64,000 nt of DNA from Mobula hypostoma (taxonomy: Eukaryota), in NCBI RefSeq assembly GCF_963921235.1, contig NC_086098.1:496001-560000 (forward strand), written 5' to 3'. Made by a program: the position numbers and the translations under genes. The notes below the pieces were generated by a model. The model searched no databases. It saw only the letters and a program-made list of their open reading frames with translations, and had not been told where the DNA came from. Positions 12,731-24,822 of the stretch are shown here, in pieces. The stretch's first letter is position 1; every line of letters starts with the position of its first letter.

Positions 12731-13056
12731 TACCAGACCCACACAACCCCCTTCCAGCAATTTCCATTCCTTCCCCACTCTCTTTCCCTCAACAGGTTCC
12801 AAAACACACTCACACATCAAGCAAAACACAGCCAGCTTCCAGCAGCAGCCCACACTCCAACCTGCCCTCTCAGGCTGTCCAACCCCAAAGTCTTGGTGAC
12901 CTGAGGCTTATAACTGCTAAGCCCCTCCCCCTAGACCAACCAAAAGCTAATTAACTCAATTATCCAATTAAAGATGGTATCCGCCACCATCAGCACACCG
13001 GTGCAGGTTGCTGCTGCCTCTATATGAGACAGCTCCATGCAGCAGCTCTGGTTCAG

Positions 13057-16000
13057 GTTTTGTGTTCAGTGGGTGAAAGAGTTGAAATAAGACCAGGTGG
13101 TAGAACCCCAAAGTGGGTGTTTAAAAAAGCAGATTGGAGTAAGTTCCAGAAATTGAGTGAAGAAGGGTTGACAAAGATTGATATTTCTGGAAATGTAGAT
13201 GTATTAAACAGTCAGGTGACTTCAGCAATTATCATGGCAGCAGAAGGATCTATATCTAGGAGTAAAAATAGGATGAAAAGAAAACTGGTACCATGGTGGA
13301 CAGAGGAATGTTGTCAGGCTGTAAAAACCAGAAATAGAGCATTCAGGCTAGTTAAAAGAACCCATAATATGCAGCATTTGGTTCAATATAAGAAAGCACA
13401 GGCAATGGTGAGAAGAACTATACGTCAAGCTAAAAGGGCAAGTTGGAGGAGTTTTTGCGACAAGGTAGGAAGAACAACACCTGTGGGAGAGAGATGGGGA
13501 ATGATTAAGAGGATGGGAGGAGATGGAAGGGAATGGGAATATCCAGTAATGATATCTGAGGAGGAAACTGCAGTCTCCAGTAGGGATAAGGCTGAGGTCA
13601 TAGCCAAGTCATTTGTACTGATACACAGTTCAGAAAATTTGTCTGAAGAAGGGAGAAGGGAAAGAATAATGAACCAACACCCAGGTGTGTTAAGCAGGAG
13701 GGAAGGAACAGATGATATAATTGATGATCCATTTACATTAGCAGAAATGGTGAGAGCAATAAAGAGATCGAGACCAACCTCCCCAGGGAAAGATCTGATG
13801 TGCTCTGTGATGCTAAAAAATCTAGGAGAAGGAGCGCTCTTGAAGTTGCTGCATTTTTATAACAGAGTGTGGGAGGAGGGAAGATTACCAAGTGCATGGA
13901 AAGAAGCAGTAGTAATTCCAATAAGGAAGCCTGGCAAGGATCTGTCAAAACCCACTAGCTACAGACCAATTGCATTAACATCAAGTATATGTAAGATAAT
14001 GGAAAGGATGATAACAGAAAGGTTATCATATGAGCTTGAGAAAAGGGGAATGCTGGCAAGTTATCAGAGCGGTTTTAGAAAGGGAAGGAATTCCATGGAC
14101 TCAGTGATAATGTTAGAGACTGAAATAAGGAAGGCCCAGGCAAAAAAAGAGTCAGTAGTGGCAGTGTTCTTTGACATTGAAAAAGCCTATGATATGATGT
14201 GGAAGGAAGGATTATTAATTAAACTGCACAAGATGGGGGTTGGTGGGAGAGTTTTTAATTGGATTAAAGATTTTTTGTTTGGTAGAAAAATTCAAGTTCG
14301 GATTGGATCAGAATTATCAAAACAGTACATAGTGGAAAATGGCACACCTCAAGGTAGTGTGATTAGCCCGTTACTTTTCATCATTATGATCAATGATGCC
14401 TTCACAAAGGTACCAGTGGATATAGGTAGGTCACTGTTTGCGGATGATGGGGCCTTGTGGAAAAGAGGCAGGAACATGGACCATATAATCAAGAAACTAC
14501 AAGAAGCAATTGATGAAGTGGTGGACTGGGGTTATGATTGGGGATGTAGATATTCAGTAGATAAAACTCAAACTGTATTTTTTACTAGGAAAAGAGTTGA
14601 GGTAGGGAAGAAGTTAAAGATGTATGGGGTTGAATTAGAAAGGGTTGCACCATTTAAATTTCTGGGAGTTATATTTGATTCACGATTAACATGGGCAGAC
14701 CATATCAGGAAAGTTGAGGAGAAATGTAAAAAAAAAAGTAATAAATGTGATGAGATGTTTGACTGGTAGGGAATGGGGAGCAAGTTGTTCAGCTTTGAAG
14801 AGAATGTATGTGGCTTTAGTGAGATCTGTGTTGGACTATGGAAATATAGTATATGGATCAGCAGCTAGGTCTCTTATAAGGAAACTGGATGTGATTCAGG
14901 CTCAGGCCTTGAGAGTGTGCAGTGGGGCTTTTAAAACGTCACCAGTGTCAGCCCTACAGGTAGAAATGGGAATAATGCCTTTGGAACTAAAAAGGATGCA
15001 ACTGATGGCAAACTACTGGGCTAACTTGCAGGGGCACAGTGATTCTCACCCTGCTAAAGGAGTGTTGCAGGAGTGCTGGGAAAATGGGAGGTTTCAGAGG
15101 GATACCTTTAGTCGGGTAGGGAATGGTATCGCGAAAGAATGTGGAGTGTTTGATCTGAGGATAAGTCCTTCAGTAGTTTATCTGGTTGTAGCTCCATGGA
15201 AGCTTGTATGGCCTGACATAGACTGGCATTTGTTAGAGGTAAAAAGGAAAGGAAGATATAAAACAGAATTGGTAAATGCATTTAACTGTCATGTGATGGA
15301 AAAGTATAGTGATTATACTCACATTTATACGGAGAGTGCAAAGGAACCTGAAACAGGACTAACAAGGTTTGGGGTGGTAATACCAGCAAAAGAAATTGGA
15401 ATCAGCAGAAGAACATCTAATAAGTTAGGGGTGTTTACAGTGGAGATGCTGGCGGTGTTGGTTGCGTTGCAATGGGTGCAGAAATCCAGACAAGTCAAAG
15501 CATTGATATGTTCAGATTCATCCTCAGTTCTAGCAAGTTTAAGGTCTTTTCACACAAACAGTCGGCAAGATGTACTTTATGAAGTCCTTCAGTTAGTTAC
15601 AAGAATTGCAAATCAGGGAGATCAGGTAAAATTTCTATGGGTTCCAGCACATGTAGGGGTGAAGGGGAATGAGAGGGTGGATGAGTTGGCAAAGAGGGCG
15701 TTAAAGAAAGAAAATGTGGAAATGCACATTAGTATCAGTATAGCAGAGGGTAAGTGTGTAATCTGGGAAAGATGGGACAGGGAGGGGAAAGGGAGGCATT
15801 TATATCAACTACAAAAGAGTGTTGCAGTTACTAGGGTAGGTAATGGAAACAGAAGAGAGGAAATTGTGTGGACTAGGTTAAGGCTGGGGCACTGTGCATT
15901 AAACAAAACATTGAAAATGATAGGGAAACACCAGACTGGATTGTGTGAGGAATGTCAGGAAGAGGAGTCAGTAGAACATGTAGTTTTGTGTTGCAGGAAG

Positions 16001-16208
16001 TATGGGATACAGAGAGAGATGATGAGAATTAAACGAAGGGAGTTGGGGGTGCAGGAATTCACATTAAAAGGGTTGCTGGGCATGGGTGAGAGAGCACAAG
16101 TCCGGGTATAATTAGCGTTTTTAAGGGGTACAGGGGTTTTTTATAGGATATGACGAATAAACAGGAATAGGGTACTAGGATGGTCAAAGATGGGAGGGTA
16201 AAGTGTAG

Positions 16209-16249
<41 letters not shown>

Positions 16250-16372
16250 CGTGCGCGATTGGGTGAAGGGATTTAGAATATATGTCTAGTGCACATTCCA
16301 GAGCAGAAGGTGGCGGTAATGCACCATTAAGCCGGATGCCAACCGCCGTAAAACAAGACACAGACAGACAGA
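13057..16372 (+). mobile_element. Nimb/I LINE copy 2, 5'-truncated just after the endonuclease
   Basis: RT (13024-14769) and RNase H (14714-16111) ORFs; (AGAC)n tail; TSD cagctctggttcag at 13043-13056 and 16373-16386. Confidence 0.92.
16212..16257 (+). repeat. (GT)n/(GC) microsatellite in the LINE 3' UTR
   Basis: Visible dinucleotide run; shorter versions in copies 1 and 3. Confidence 0.9.
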
Positions 16373-16386
16373 CAGCTCTGGTTCAG

Positions 16387-19300
16387 GGTGGTGGAATCGC
16401 AAAGTGGGTGTTTGGAAAAGCAGATTGGGGTAAGTTCCAGAAGTTGAGTGAAGAAGCATTGACAGAGATTCTTCAGCAATTATCATGGCAGCAGAAGGAT
16501 CTATACCCAGGAGTAAAAATAGGATGAATAGGAAACTGGTACCATGGTGGACAGAGGAATGTTGTCAGGCTGTAAAAAACAGAAATGGAGCATTCAGGCT
16601 AGTTAAAAGAACCCATAATATGCAGCATTTGGTTCAATATAAGAAAGTACAGGCAGTGGTGAGAAGAACTATACGTCAAGCTAAAAGGGCAAGTTGGAGG
16701 AGTTTTTGCGACAAGATAGGAAGAACAACACCTGTGAGAGAGGTATGGGGAATGATTAAGAGGATGGGAGGAGATGGAAGGGAATGGAAATATCCAGTAA
16801 TAATATGAGGAGGAAACTGCAGTCTCCAGTAGGGATAAGGCTGAGACCATGGCCAAGTCACTTGTACTGATACACAGTTCAGAAAATTTGTCTGAAGAAG
16901 GGAGAAGGAGAAGGGAAAGAATAATGAGCCAACACCCAGGTGTGTTAAACAGGAGGGAAGGATCAGATGATATAATTGATGATCCATTTACATTAGCAGA
17001 AATGGTGAGAGCAATAAAGAGATCGAGACCAACCTCCCCAGGGAAAGATCTGATGTGCTCTGTGATGCTAAAAAATCTAGGAGAAGGAGCGCTCTTGAAG
17101 TTGCTGCATTTTTATAACAGAGTGTGGGAGGAGGGAAGATTACCAAGTGCATGGAAAGAAGCAGTAGTAATTCCAATAAGGAAGCCTGGCAAGGATCTGT
17201 CAAAACCCACTAGTTACAGACCAATTGCATTAACATCAAGTATATGTAAGATAATGGAAAGGATGATAACAGAAAGGTTGTCATATGAGCTTGAGAAAAG
17301 AGGATTGCTGGCAAGTTATCAGAGTGGTTTCAGAAAGGGAAGGAATTCCATGGACTCAGTGATTATGTTAGAGACTGAAATAAGGAAGGCCCAGGCAAAT
17401 AAAGAGTCAGTAGTGGCAGTGTTCTTTGACATTGAAAAAGCCTATGATATGATGTGGAAGGAAGGATTATTAATTAAACTGCACAAGATGTGGGTTGGTG
17501 GGAGAGTTTTTAATTGGATTAAAGATTTTTTGTTTGGCAGAAAAATTCAAGTTTGGATTGGATCAGAATTATCAAAACACTACATAGTGGAAAATGGCAC
17601 ACCTCAAGGTAGTGTGATTAGCCCGTTACTTTTCATCATTATGATCAATGATGTCTTCACAAAGGCACCAGTGGATATAGGTAGGTCACTGTTTGCGGAT
17701 GATGGGGCCTTGTGGAAAAGAGGCAGGAACATGGACTATATAATCAGGAAACTACAAGAAGCAATTGATGAAGTGGTGGAGTGGGGTTATGATTGGGGAT
17801 GTAGATTTTCAGTAGAAAAAACTCAAACTGTATTTTTTACTAGGAAAAGAGTTGAGGTAGGGAAGAAGTTAAAGATGTATGGGGTTGAATTAGAAAGGGT
17901 TGCATCATTTAAATTTCTGGGAGTTATATTTGATTCATGATTAACATGGGCAGACCATATCAAGAAAGTTGAGGAGAAATGTAAAAAAGTAATAAATGTG
18001 ATGAGATGTTTGACTGGTAGGGAATGGGGAGCAAGTTGTTCAGCGTTGAATAGAATATATGTGGCTTTAGTGAGATCTGTGTTGGACTATGGAAATATAG
18101 CATATGGATCAGCAGCTAGGTCTCTTATAAGGAAACTGGATGTGATTCAGGCTCAGGCCTTGAGAGTGTGCAGTGGGGCTTTTAAAACGTCACCAGTGTC
18201 AGCCCTACAGGTAGAAATGGGAATAATGCCTTTGGAACTAAGAAGGATGCAACTGATGGCAAACTACTGGGCTAACTTGCAGGGGCACAGTGATTCTCAC
18301 CCTACTAAAGGAGTGTTGCAGGAGTGCTGGGAAAATGGGAGGTTTCAGAGGGATACCTTTAGTCGGGTAGGGAATGGTATCGCGAAAGAATGTGGAGTGT
18401 TTGCTCTAAGGATAAGTCCTTCAGTTGTTTATCCAGTTGTAGCTCCATGGAAGCTTGTATGGCCTGACACAGACTGGCATTTGTTAGAGGTAAAAAGGAA
18501 GATATAAAACAGAATTGGTAAATGCATTTAACTGTCATGTGATGGAAAAGTATAGTGATTATACTCACATTTATACTTATGGTGCAAAGGAACCTGAAAC
18601 AGGACTGACAGGGTTTGGGGTGGTAATACCAGCAAAAGAAATTGGAATCAGCAGAAGAACATCTAATGTTAGGGGTGTTTACAGTGGAGATGCTGGCAGT
18701 GTTGGTTGCATTGCAATGGGTGCAGAAAGCCAGACAAGTCAAAGCATTGATATGTTCAGATTCATCCTCAGTTCTAGCAAGTTTAAGGTCTTTTCACACA
18801 AAGTCGGCAAGATGTACTTTATGAAGTCCTTCAGTTAGTTACAAGAATTGCAAATCAGGGAGGTCAGGTAAAATTTCTATGGGTTCCAGCACATGTAGGG
18901 GTGAAGGGAAATGAGAGGGTGGATAAGTTGGCAAAGAGGGCGTTAAAGAAAGAAAATGTGGAAATGCACATTAGTATCAATAAAGCAGAGGTTAAGTGTG
19001 TAATCTGGGAAAAAGTCAACCAAATGTGGCAAGAAAGATGGGACAGGGAGTTGAAAGGGAGGCATTTATATCAAATACAAAAGAGTGTTGCCGTTACTAG
19101 GGTAGGTAATGGAAACAGAAGAGAGGAAATTGTGTGGACTAGGTTAAGGCTGGGGCACTGTGCATTAAACAAAACATTGAAAATGATAGGGAAACACCAG
19201 ACAGGATTGTGTGAGGAATGTCAGGAAGAGGAGTCAGTAGAACATGTAGTTTTGTGTTGCAGGAAGTATGGGATACAGAAAGAGATGATGAGAATTAAAC

Positions 19301-19607
19301 TAAGGGAGTTGGAGGTGCAGGAATTCACATTAAAAGGGTTGCTGGGCATGGATGAGAAAGCACAGGTCCGGGTATTTTTAGCATTTTTAAGGGGTACAGG
19401 GTTTTCTTTTTATATAGAATATGACCGATAAACAGGAATAGGGTACTAAGATGGTCAAAGATGGGAGGGTAAAGTGTGCGTGTGTGTGCGCGAGAGATTG
19501 GGTGAAGGGATTTAGATTATATGTGTAGTGCACATTCCGGAGCAGAGGGTGGCGGTAATGCACCATTAAGCTGGATGCCAACCGCCGTAAAACAAGACAC
19601 AGACAGA
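16387..19607 (+). mobile_element. Nimb/I LINE copy 3, 5'-truncated, more disrupted
   Basis: Homologous to copy 2; tail followed by cagctctgtttc and the LTR remainder. Confidence 0.92.
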
Positions 19608-19700
19608 CAGCTCTGTTTCCAGTCACTATTACTGCTGGGGATGAGTGTTTTACTGAGTGTGCCATGTACCATCCGTAGTCAGTGACGAGCCTTCGTCACA

Positions 19701-21635
19701 TTAACCTTTAGGACAACCTTGAGGACTTTCAATTCCCATGGCATTCCTGCATTTTTAGTTCTTCCCCATCCAAGTAATAGGCTGCCTGTTTATTTCTTCC
19801 ACCAAAGTGCATGACCATACACTTTCCACCATTTTTTTTTACCACTTCTATGCCCATTCCCCTAAACTATCCAAATCTCTCTGCAGGCTCTCTGTCTCCT
19901 CAACACTATCCGCTCCTTGACCTATCTTTCTATCATCAGCAAAGTTAGCCACAAATCCATTAATCCCATAGTCCAAATCATTAACATACATCGTGAAAGC
20001 AGTGGTCCCAATACCAACCCCTGTGGAACTCCACTGGCAGCTAGCCGGAATAGGATCCCTTTATTCCCACTCTGTTTTCTGCTCCACCCATGCTAGTAAC
20101 TTCCCTGTAATTCCATGGACTCTTATCATGCTAAGCATCCTCATGTGTGGCACCTTGTCAAAGGTCTTCTGAAAATATAAGTACACCACATCTACTGCAT
20201 CTCCCTTGTCTACCCTGCTTGTAATTTCCTCAAAAAATTGTAGTAGGTTTGTCAGGCAGGATTGTTCTGTCAGGAAACGATGCTGGCTTTGGCCTATCTT
20301 GTCATGTGCCTCCAGGTATCCCGTAATCTCAACCCTAACAATCCATTCCAACAACTTCCCAACCACTGATGTCAGGCTAACAGGTCTAGAGTTTCCTTTC
20401 TGCTGCCTCCCACCCTTCTTAAATAGCGGAGTAACATTTGTAATTTTCCAGTCACCTGGCACAATGCCAGAATTTATCGATTCTTGAAAGATCATTGTTA
20501 ATGCCTCCGCAAACTCTCCAGCTACTTCCTTCAGAACCTGAGGGTGCATTCCATCAGGTCCAGGAGATTTATCCACCCTCAGACCATTAAGCTTCCTGAA
20601 CACCTTCTCAGTCGTAATCTTCCCTGCACATATTTCACTTCTCTGACACTCTTGAATTTCCGATATACTGCAGATGTCTTCCACTGTGTAGACTGATGAA
20701 AAATACGCATTCAGTTCATCTGCTATCTCTGTGTCTCTCATTACAATACCTCCAGTGTCATTTTCTATTGGTCTTGTATCTACCCTTGACTCTCTTTTAC
20801 CCTTTATATACTCAAAACAGTTTTTAGTATCTTCTTTGATGTGAGTCGCTAGCTTCCTTCCATAATTCAGCTTTTCCTTCTGAATGACCTTCTTTGTTTC
20901 CTTCTGCAAGGTTTTAAAAGCTTCCCATCATCTTTCTTCCCACTAGCTTCGTCTTCCTTTTATGCCCTCTCTTTTGCTTTAACTTTGGCTCTGAGTTCAC
21001 TTGTCAGAAACGGTACTCTTCTTCTTCCATTTGAAAATCTCTTCTTATTTGGAATATATCTGTTTTGCACTTCTCTCATTGTTCACAGAAACTCCAGCCA
21101 TTGCTGCTCTGCTGTTCTTACAACTAGTGTCCCTTTCCAGTCAACTTTGGCCAATTCCCCTCTCATGCCATTGTAATTTCCTTTATTCCACTGAAATACC
21201 GACACTTTGGATTTCAGTTTCTCCTTCTCAGATTTCAAAATGAACTTGATCATATTGTGATCACGGTTCCCTAAGGTTCCTTGACCTTAAGCTCCCTTTT
21301 TACCTCCGGATCATTGCACAACAGCCAATCCAGCACAGCTGATCCCCTAGTGGGCTCAACAACAAGCCATCCCTTAGACATTCTACAAATTCTCTCTTGA
21401 GGTCCAGTACTGATCTCTCTCTTGAGGTCGAGTAATCCACTTTCATGTTAAGATCCCCAACGATTATCATGACATTGCACTTCTGACATGCCTTTTCTAT
21501 CTCCTGCTGTAATGTTCAATCCACATCTTGGCTGCTGTTTGGAGGCCTGTATACATCTGCCATTAGTGTCCTTCGACCTTTGCTCTTTCTTAACTCAACC
21601 CATAGAAAATCTACACCTTCTGATCCAATGTCATG
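19701..21635 (-). mobile_element. CR1 ORF2 remnant, the other half of the element split by the LTR retrotransposon
   Basis: ORF 20061-20909 with DKSPGPDG, RPVSLTSVVGK, FDKVPH. Confidence 0.88.
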
Positions 21636-21817
21636 ATAAGTTTTAATCTACAATTTGAGAGGGAGAAGGGAAACTCGGAAGTGTCAGTATTACAGTTGAA
21701 CAAAGGGAACTATGGTGTTATAGAAACATAGAAACATAGAAAATAGGTGCAGGAGTAGGCCATTCGGCCCTTCGAGCCTGCACCGCCATTTATTATGATC
21801 ATGGCTGATCATCCAAC

Positions 21818-24817
21818 TCAGAACCCAGCCTTCCCTCCATACCCCCTGACCCCTGTAGCCACAAGGGCCATATCTAACTTCCTTTTAAACATAGCTAATG
21901 AACTGGCCTCAACAGTTTGCTGTGGCAGAGAATTCCACAGATTCACCACTCTCTGTGTGAAGAAGTTTTTCCTAACCTCGGTCCTAAAAGGCTTCCCCTC
22001 TATCCTCAAACTGTGACCCCTCGTTCTAGACCTCCCCAACATCGGGAACAATCTTCCTGCATCTAGCCTGTCCAATCCCTTTAGGATCTTATACGTTTCA
22101 ATCAGATCCCCCCTCAATCTTCTAAATTCCAACGAGTACAAGCCCAGTTCATCCAGTCTTTCTTCATATGAAAGACCTGCCATCCCAGGAATCAATCTGG
22201 TGAACCTTCTTTGTACTCCCTCTATGGCAAAGATGTCTTTCCTCAGATTAGGGGACCAAAACTGCACACAATACTCCAGGTGTGGTCTCACCAAGGCCTT
22301 GTACAACTGCAGTAGTACCTCCCTGCTCCTGTACTCGAATCCTCTCGCTATAAATGCCAGCATACCGTTCGCCTTTTTCACCGCCTGCTGTACCTGCATG
22401 CCCACTTTCAATGACTGGTGTATAATGACACCCAGGTCTCGTTGCACCTCCCCTTTTCCTAATCGGCCACCATTCAGATAATAATCTGTTTTCCTATTTT
22501 TGCCACCAAAGTGGATAACTTCACATTTATCCACATTAAATTGCATCTGCCATGAGTTTGCCCACTCACCCAACCTATCCAAGTCACCCTGCATCCTCTT
22601 AGCATCCTCCTCACTGCTAACACTGCCACCCAGCTTCGTGTCATCCGCAAACTTGGAGATGCTGCATTTAATTCCCTCATCCAAGTCATTAATATATATT
22701 GTAAACAACTGGGGTCCCAGCACTGAGCCTTGCGGTACCCCACTAGTCACCGCCTGCCATTCTGAAAAGGTCCCGTTTATTCCCACTCTTTGCTTCCTGT
22801 CTGCTAACCAATTCTCCACCCACACCAATACCTTACCCCCAATACCGTGTGCTTTAAGTTTGCACACTAATCTCCTATGTGGGACCTTGTCAAAAGCCTT
22901 TTGAAAATCCAAATATACCACATCCACTGGTTCTCCCCTATCCACTCTACTAGTTACATCCTCAAAAAATTCTATGAGATTCGTCAGACATGATTTTCCT
23001 TTCACAAATCCATGCTGACTTTGTCCGATCATTTCACCGCTTTCCAAATGTGCTGTTATCACATCCTTGATAACTGACTCCAGCAGTTTCCCCACCACCG
23101 ACGTTAGGCTAACCGGCCTATAATTCCCCGGTTTCTCTCTCCCTCCTTTTTTAAAAAGTGGGGTTACATTAGCCACCCTCCAATCCTCAGGAACTAGTCC
23201 AGAATCTAACGAGTTTTGAAAAATTATCACTAATGCATCCACTATTTCTTGGGCCACTTCCTTAAGCACTCTGGGATGCAGACCATCTGGCCCTGGGGAT
23301 TTATCTGCCTTCAATCCCTTCAATTTACCTAACACCACTTCCCTACTAACATGTATTTCGCTCAGTTCCTCCATCTCACTGGACCCTCTGTCCCTTACTA
23401 TTTCTGGAAGATTATTTATGTCCTCCTTAGTGAAGACAGAACCAAAGTAATTATTCAATTGGTCTGCCATGTCCTTGCTCCCCATAATCAATTCACCTGT
23501 TTCTGTTTGCAGGGGACCTACATTTGTCTTTATCAGTCTTTTCCTTTTTACATATCTATAAAAGCTTTTACAGTCCGTTTTTATGTTCTCTGCCAGTTTT
23601 CTCTCATAATCTTTTTTCCCCTTCCTAATTAAGCCCTTTGTCCTCCTCTGCTGAACTCTGAATTTCTCCCAGTCCTCAGGTGAGCCACTTTCTCTGGCTA
23701 ATTTGTATGCTACTTCTTTGGAATTGATACTATCCCTAATTTCTCTTGTCAGCCACGGGTGCACTACCTTCCTTGATTTATTCTTTTGCCAAACTGGGAT
23801 GAACAATTGTTGTAGTTCATCCATGCAACCTTTAAATGCCTGCCATTGCATATCCACCGTCAATCCTTGAAGTGTCATTTGCCAGTCTATCTTAGCTAAT
23901 TCATGTCTCATACCTTCAAAGTTACCCCTCTTTAAGTTCAGAACCTTTGTTTCTGAATTAACTACGTCACTCTCCATGTTAATGAAGAATTCCACCATAT
24001 TATGGTCACTCTTACCCAAGGGGCCTCTCACGACAAGATCGCTAATTAACCCTTCCTCATTGCTCAAAACCCAGTCCAGAATAGCCTGCTCTCTAGTCGG
24101 TTCCTCGACATGTTGGTTCAAAAAACCATCCCGCATACATTCCAAGAAATCCTCTTCCTCAGCACCTTTACCAATTTGGTTCACCCAGTCTACATGTAGA
24201 TTGAAGTCACCCATTATAACTGCTGTTCCTTTATTGCACACATTTCTAATTTCCTGTTTAATACCATCTCCGACCTCACTACTACTGTTAGGTGGCCTGT
24301 ACACAACTCCCACCAGCGTCTTCTGCCCCTTAGTGTTACGCAGCTCTACCCATATCGATTCCACATCTTCCCGGCTTATGTCCTTCCTTTCTATTGCGTT
24401 AATCTCTTTTTTAACCAGCAACGCCACCCCACCTCCCCTTCCTTCGTGTCTATCCCTCCTGAATATTGAATATCCCTGAACGTTGAGCTCCCATCCCTGG
24501 TCACCCTGGAGCCATGTCTCTGTGATCCCAACTATATCATAATCATTAATAACAATCTGCACTTTCAATTCATCCACCTTATTACGAATGCTCCTTGCAT
24601 TGACACATAAAGCCTTCAGGCACTCTTTTACAACTCTCTTAGCCCTTTTTAATGCTTGCCCTGGATTTGTCGGCCTGCCACTTTTACTTTTCCCCTTTGT
24701 ACTTTTTGCTTCTACGCTCACTTTACACTCCTCTGTCTCTCTGCACTGGTTCCCATCCCTCTGTTGTGAACTAACCTCCTCACACCTAGCCGCTTTAATT
24801 TGATTCCCACCCCCCAA
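21818..24817 (-). CDS. CR1 ORF2: intact APE endonuclease and reverse transcriptase (about 999 codons, no AUG before the EN core)
   Basis: Uninterrupted ORF with [28 protein letters not shown]; track start is TTG. Confidence 0.93.
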   Translation of the reverse strand: MGGGNQIKAARCEEVSSQQRDGNQCRETEECKVSVEAKSTKGKSKSGRPTNPGQALKRAKRVVKECLKALCVNARSIRNKVDELKVQIVINDYDIVGITETWLQGDQGWELNVQGYSIFRRDRHEGRGGGVALLVKKEINAIERKDISREDVESIWVELRNTKGQKTLVGVVYRPPNSSSEVGDGIKQEIRNVCNKGTAVIMGDFNLHVDWVNQIGKGAEEEDFLECMRDGFLNQHVEEPTREQAILDWVLSNEEGLISDLVVRGPLGKSDHNMVEFFINMESDVVNSETKVLNLKRGNFEGMRHELAKIDWQMTLQGLTVDMQWQAFKGCMDELQQLFIPVWQKNKSRKVVHPWLTREIRDSINSKEVAYKLARESGSPEDWEKFRVQQRRTKGLIRKGKKDYERKLAENIKTDCKSFYRYVKRKRLIKTNVGPLQTETGELIMGSKDMADQLNNYFGSVFTKEDINNLPEIVRDRGSSEMEELSEIHVSREVVLGKLKGLKADKSPGPDGLHPRVLKEVAQEIVDALVIIFQNSLDSGLVPEDWRVANVTPLFKKGGREKPGNYRPVSLTSVVGKLLESVIKDVITAHLESGEMIGQSQHGFVKGKSCLTNLIEFFEDVTSRVDRGEPVDVVYLDFQKAFDKVPHRRLVCKLKAHGIGGKVLVWVENWLADRKQRVGINGTFSEWQAVTSGVPQGSVLGPQLFTIYINDLDEGIKCSISKFADDTKLGGSVSSEEDAKRMQGDLDRLGEWANSWQMQFNVDKCEVIHFGGKNRKTDYYLNGGRLGKGEVQRDLGVIIHQSLKVGMQVQQAVKKANGMLAFIARGFEYRSREVLLQLYKALVRPHLEYCVQFWSPNLRKDIFAIEGVQRRFTRLIPGMAGLSYEERLDELGLYSLEFRRLRGDLIETYKILKGLDRLDAGRLFPMLGRSRTRGHSLRIEGKPFRTEVRKNFFTQRVVNLWNSLPQQTVEASSLAMFKRKLDMALVATGVRGYGGKAGF

Positions 24818-24822
24818 CCATT

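Larger units (their letters stand above)
7600..12880 (-). mobile_element. Apparently full-length I-group (Nimb-like) LINE, copy 1
   Basis: 13-bp TSD aaccccaaagtct (7587-7599 and 12881-12893); (AGAC)n tail; gag-like ORF1; APE-RT-RNaseH-CCHC ORF2. Confidence 0.9.
2924..19700 (-). mobile_element. Gmr1-like Ty3/Gypsy LTR retrotransposon (decayed) with nested LINEs in its 5' LTR
   Basis: TG..CA LTRs, 5-bp TSD ttaac (2919-2923 and 19701-19705), PBS, PPT, gag-PR-IN-RT-RH domain order. Confidence 0.92.
7431..19700 (-). repeat. 5' LTR split into three pieces (7431-7599, 12881-13056, 19608-19700)
   Basis: Pieces concatenate to match 2924-3342. Confidence 0.9.

Noticed and set aside
22200..24803. Plus-strand ORFs opposite CR1 ORF2, and similar ones throughout
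   Set aside because: Antisense shadows of LINE coding sequence that recur in each copy
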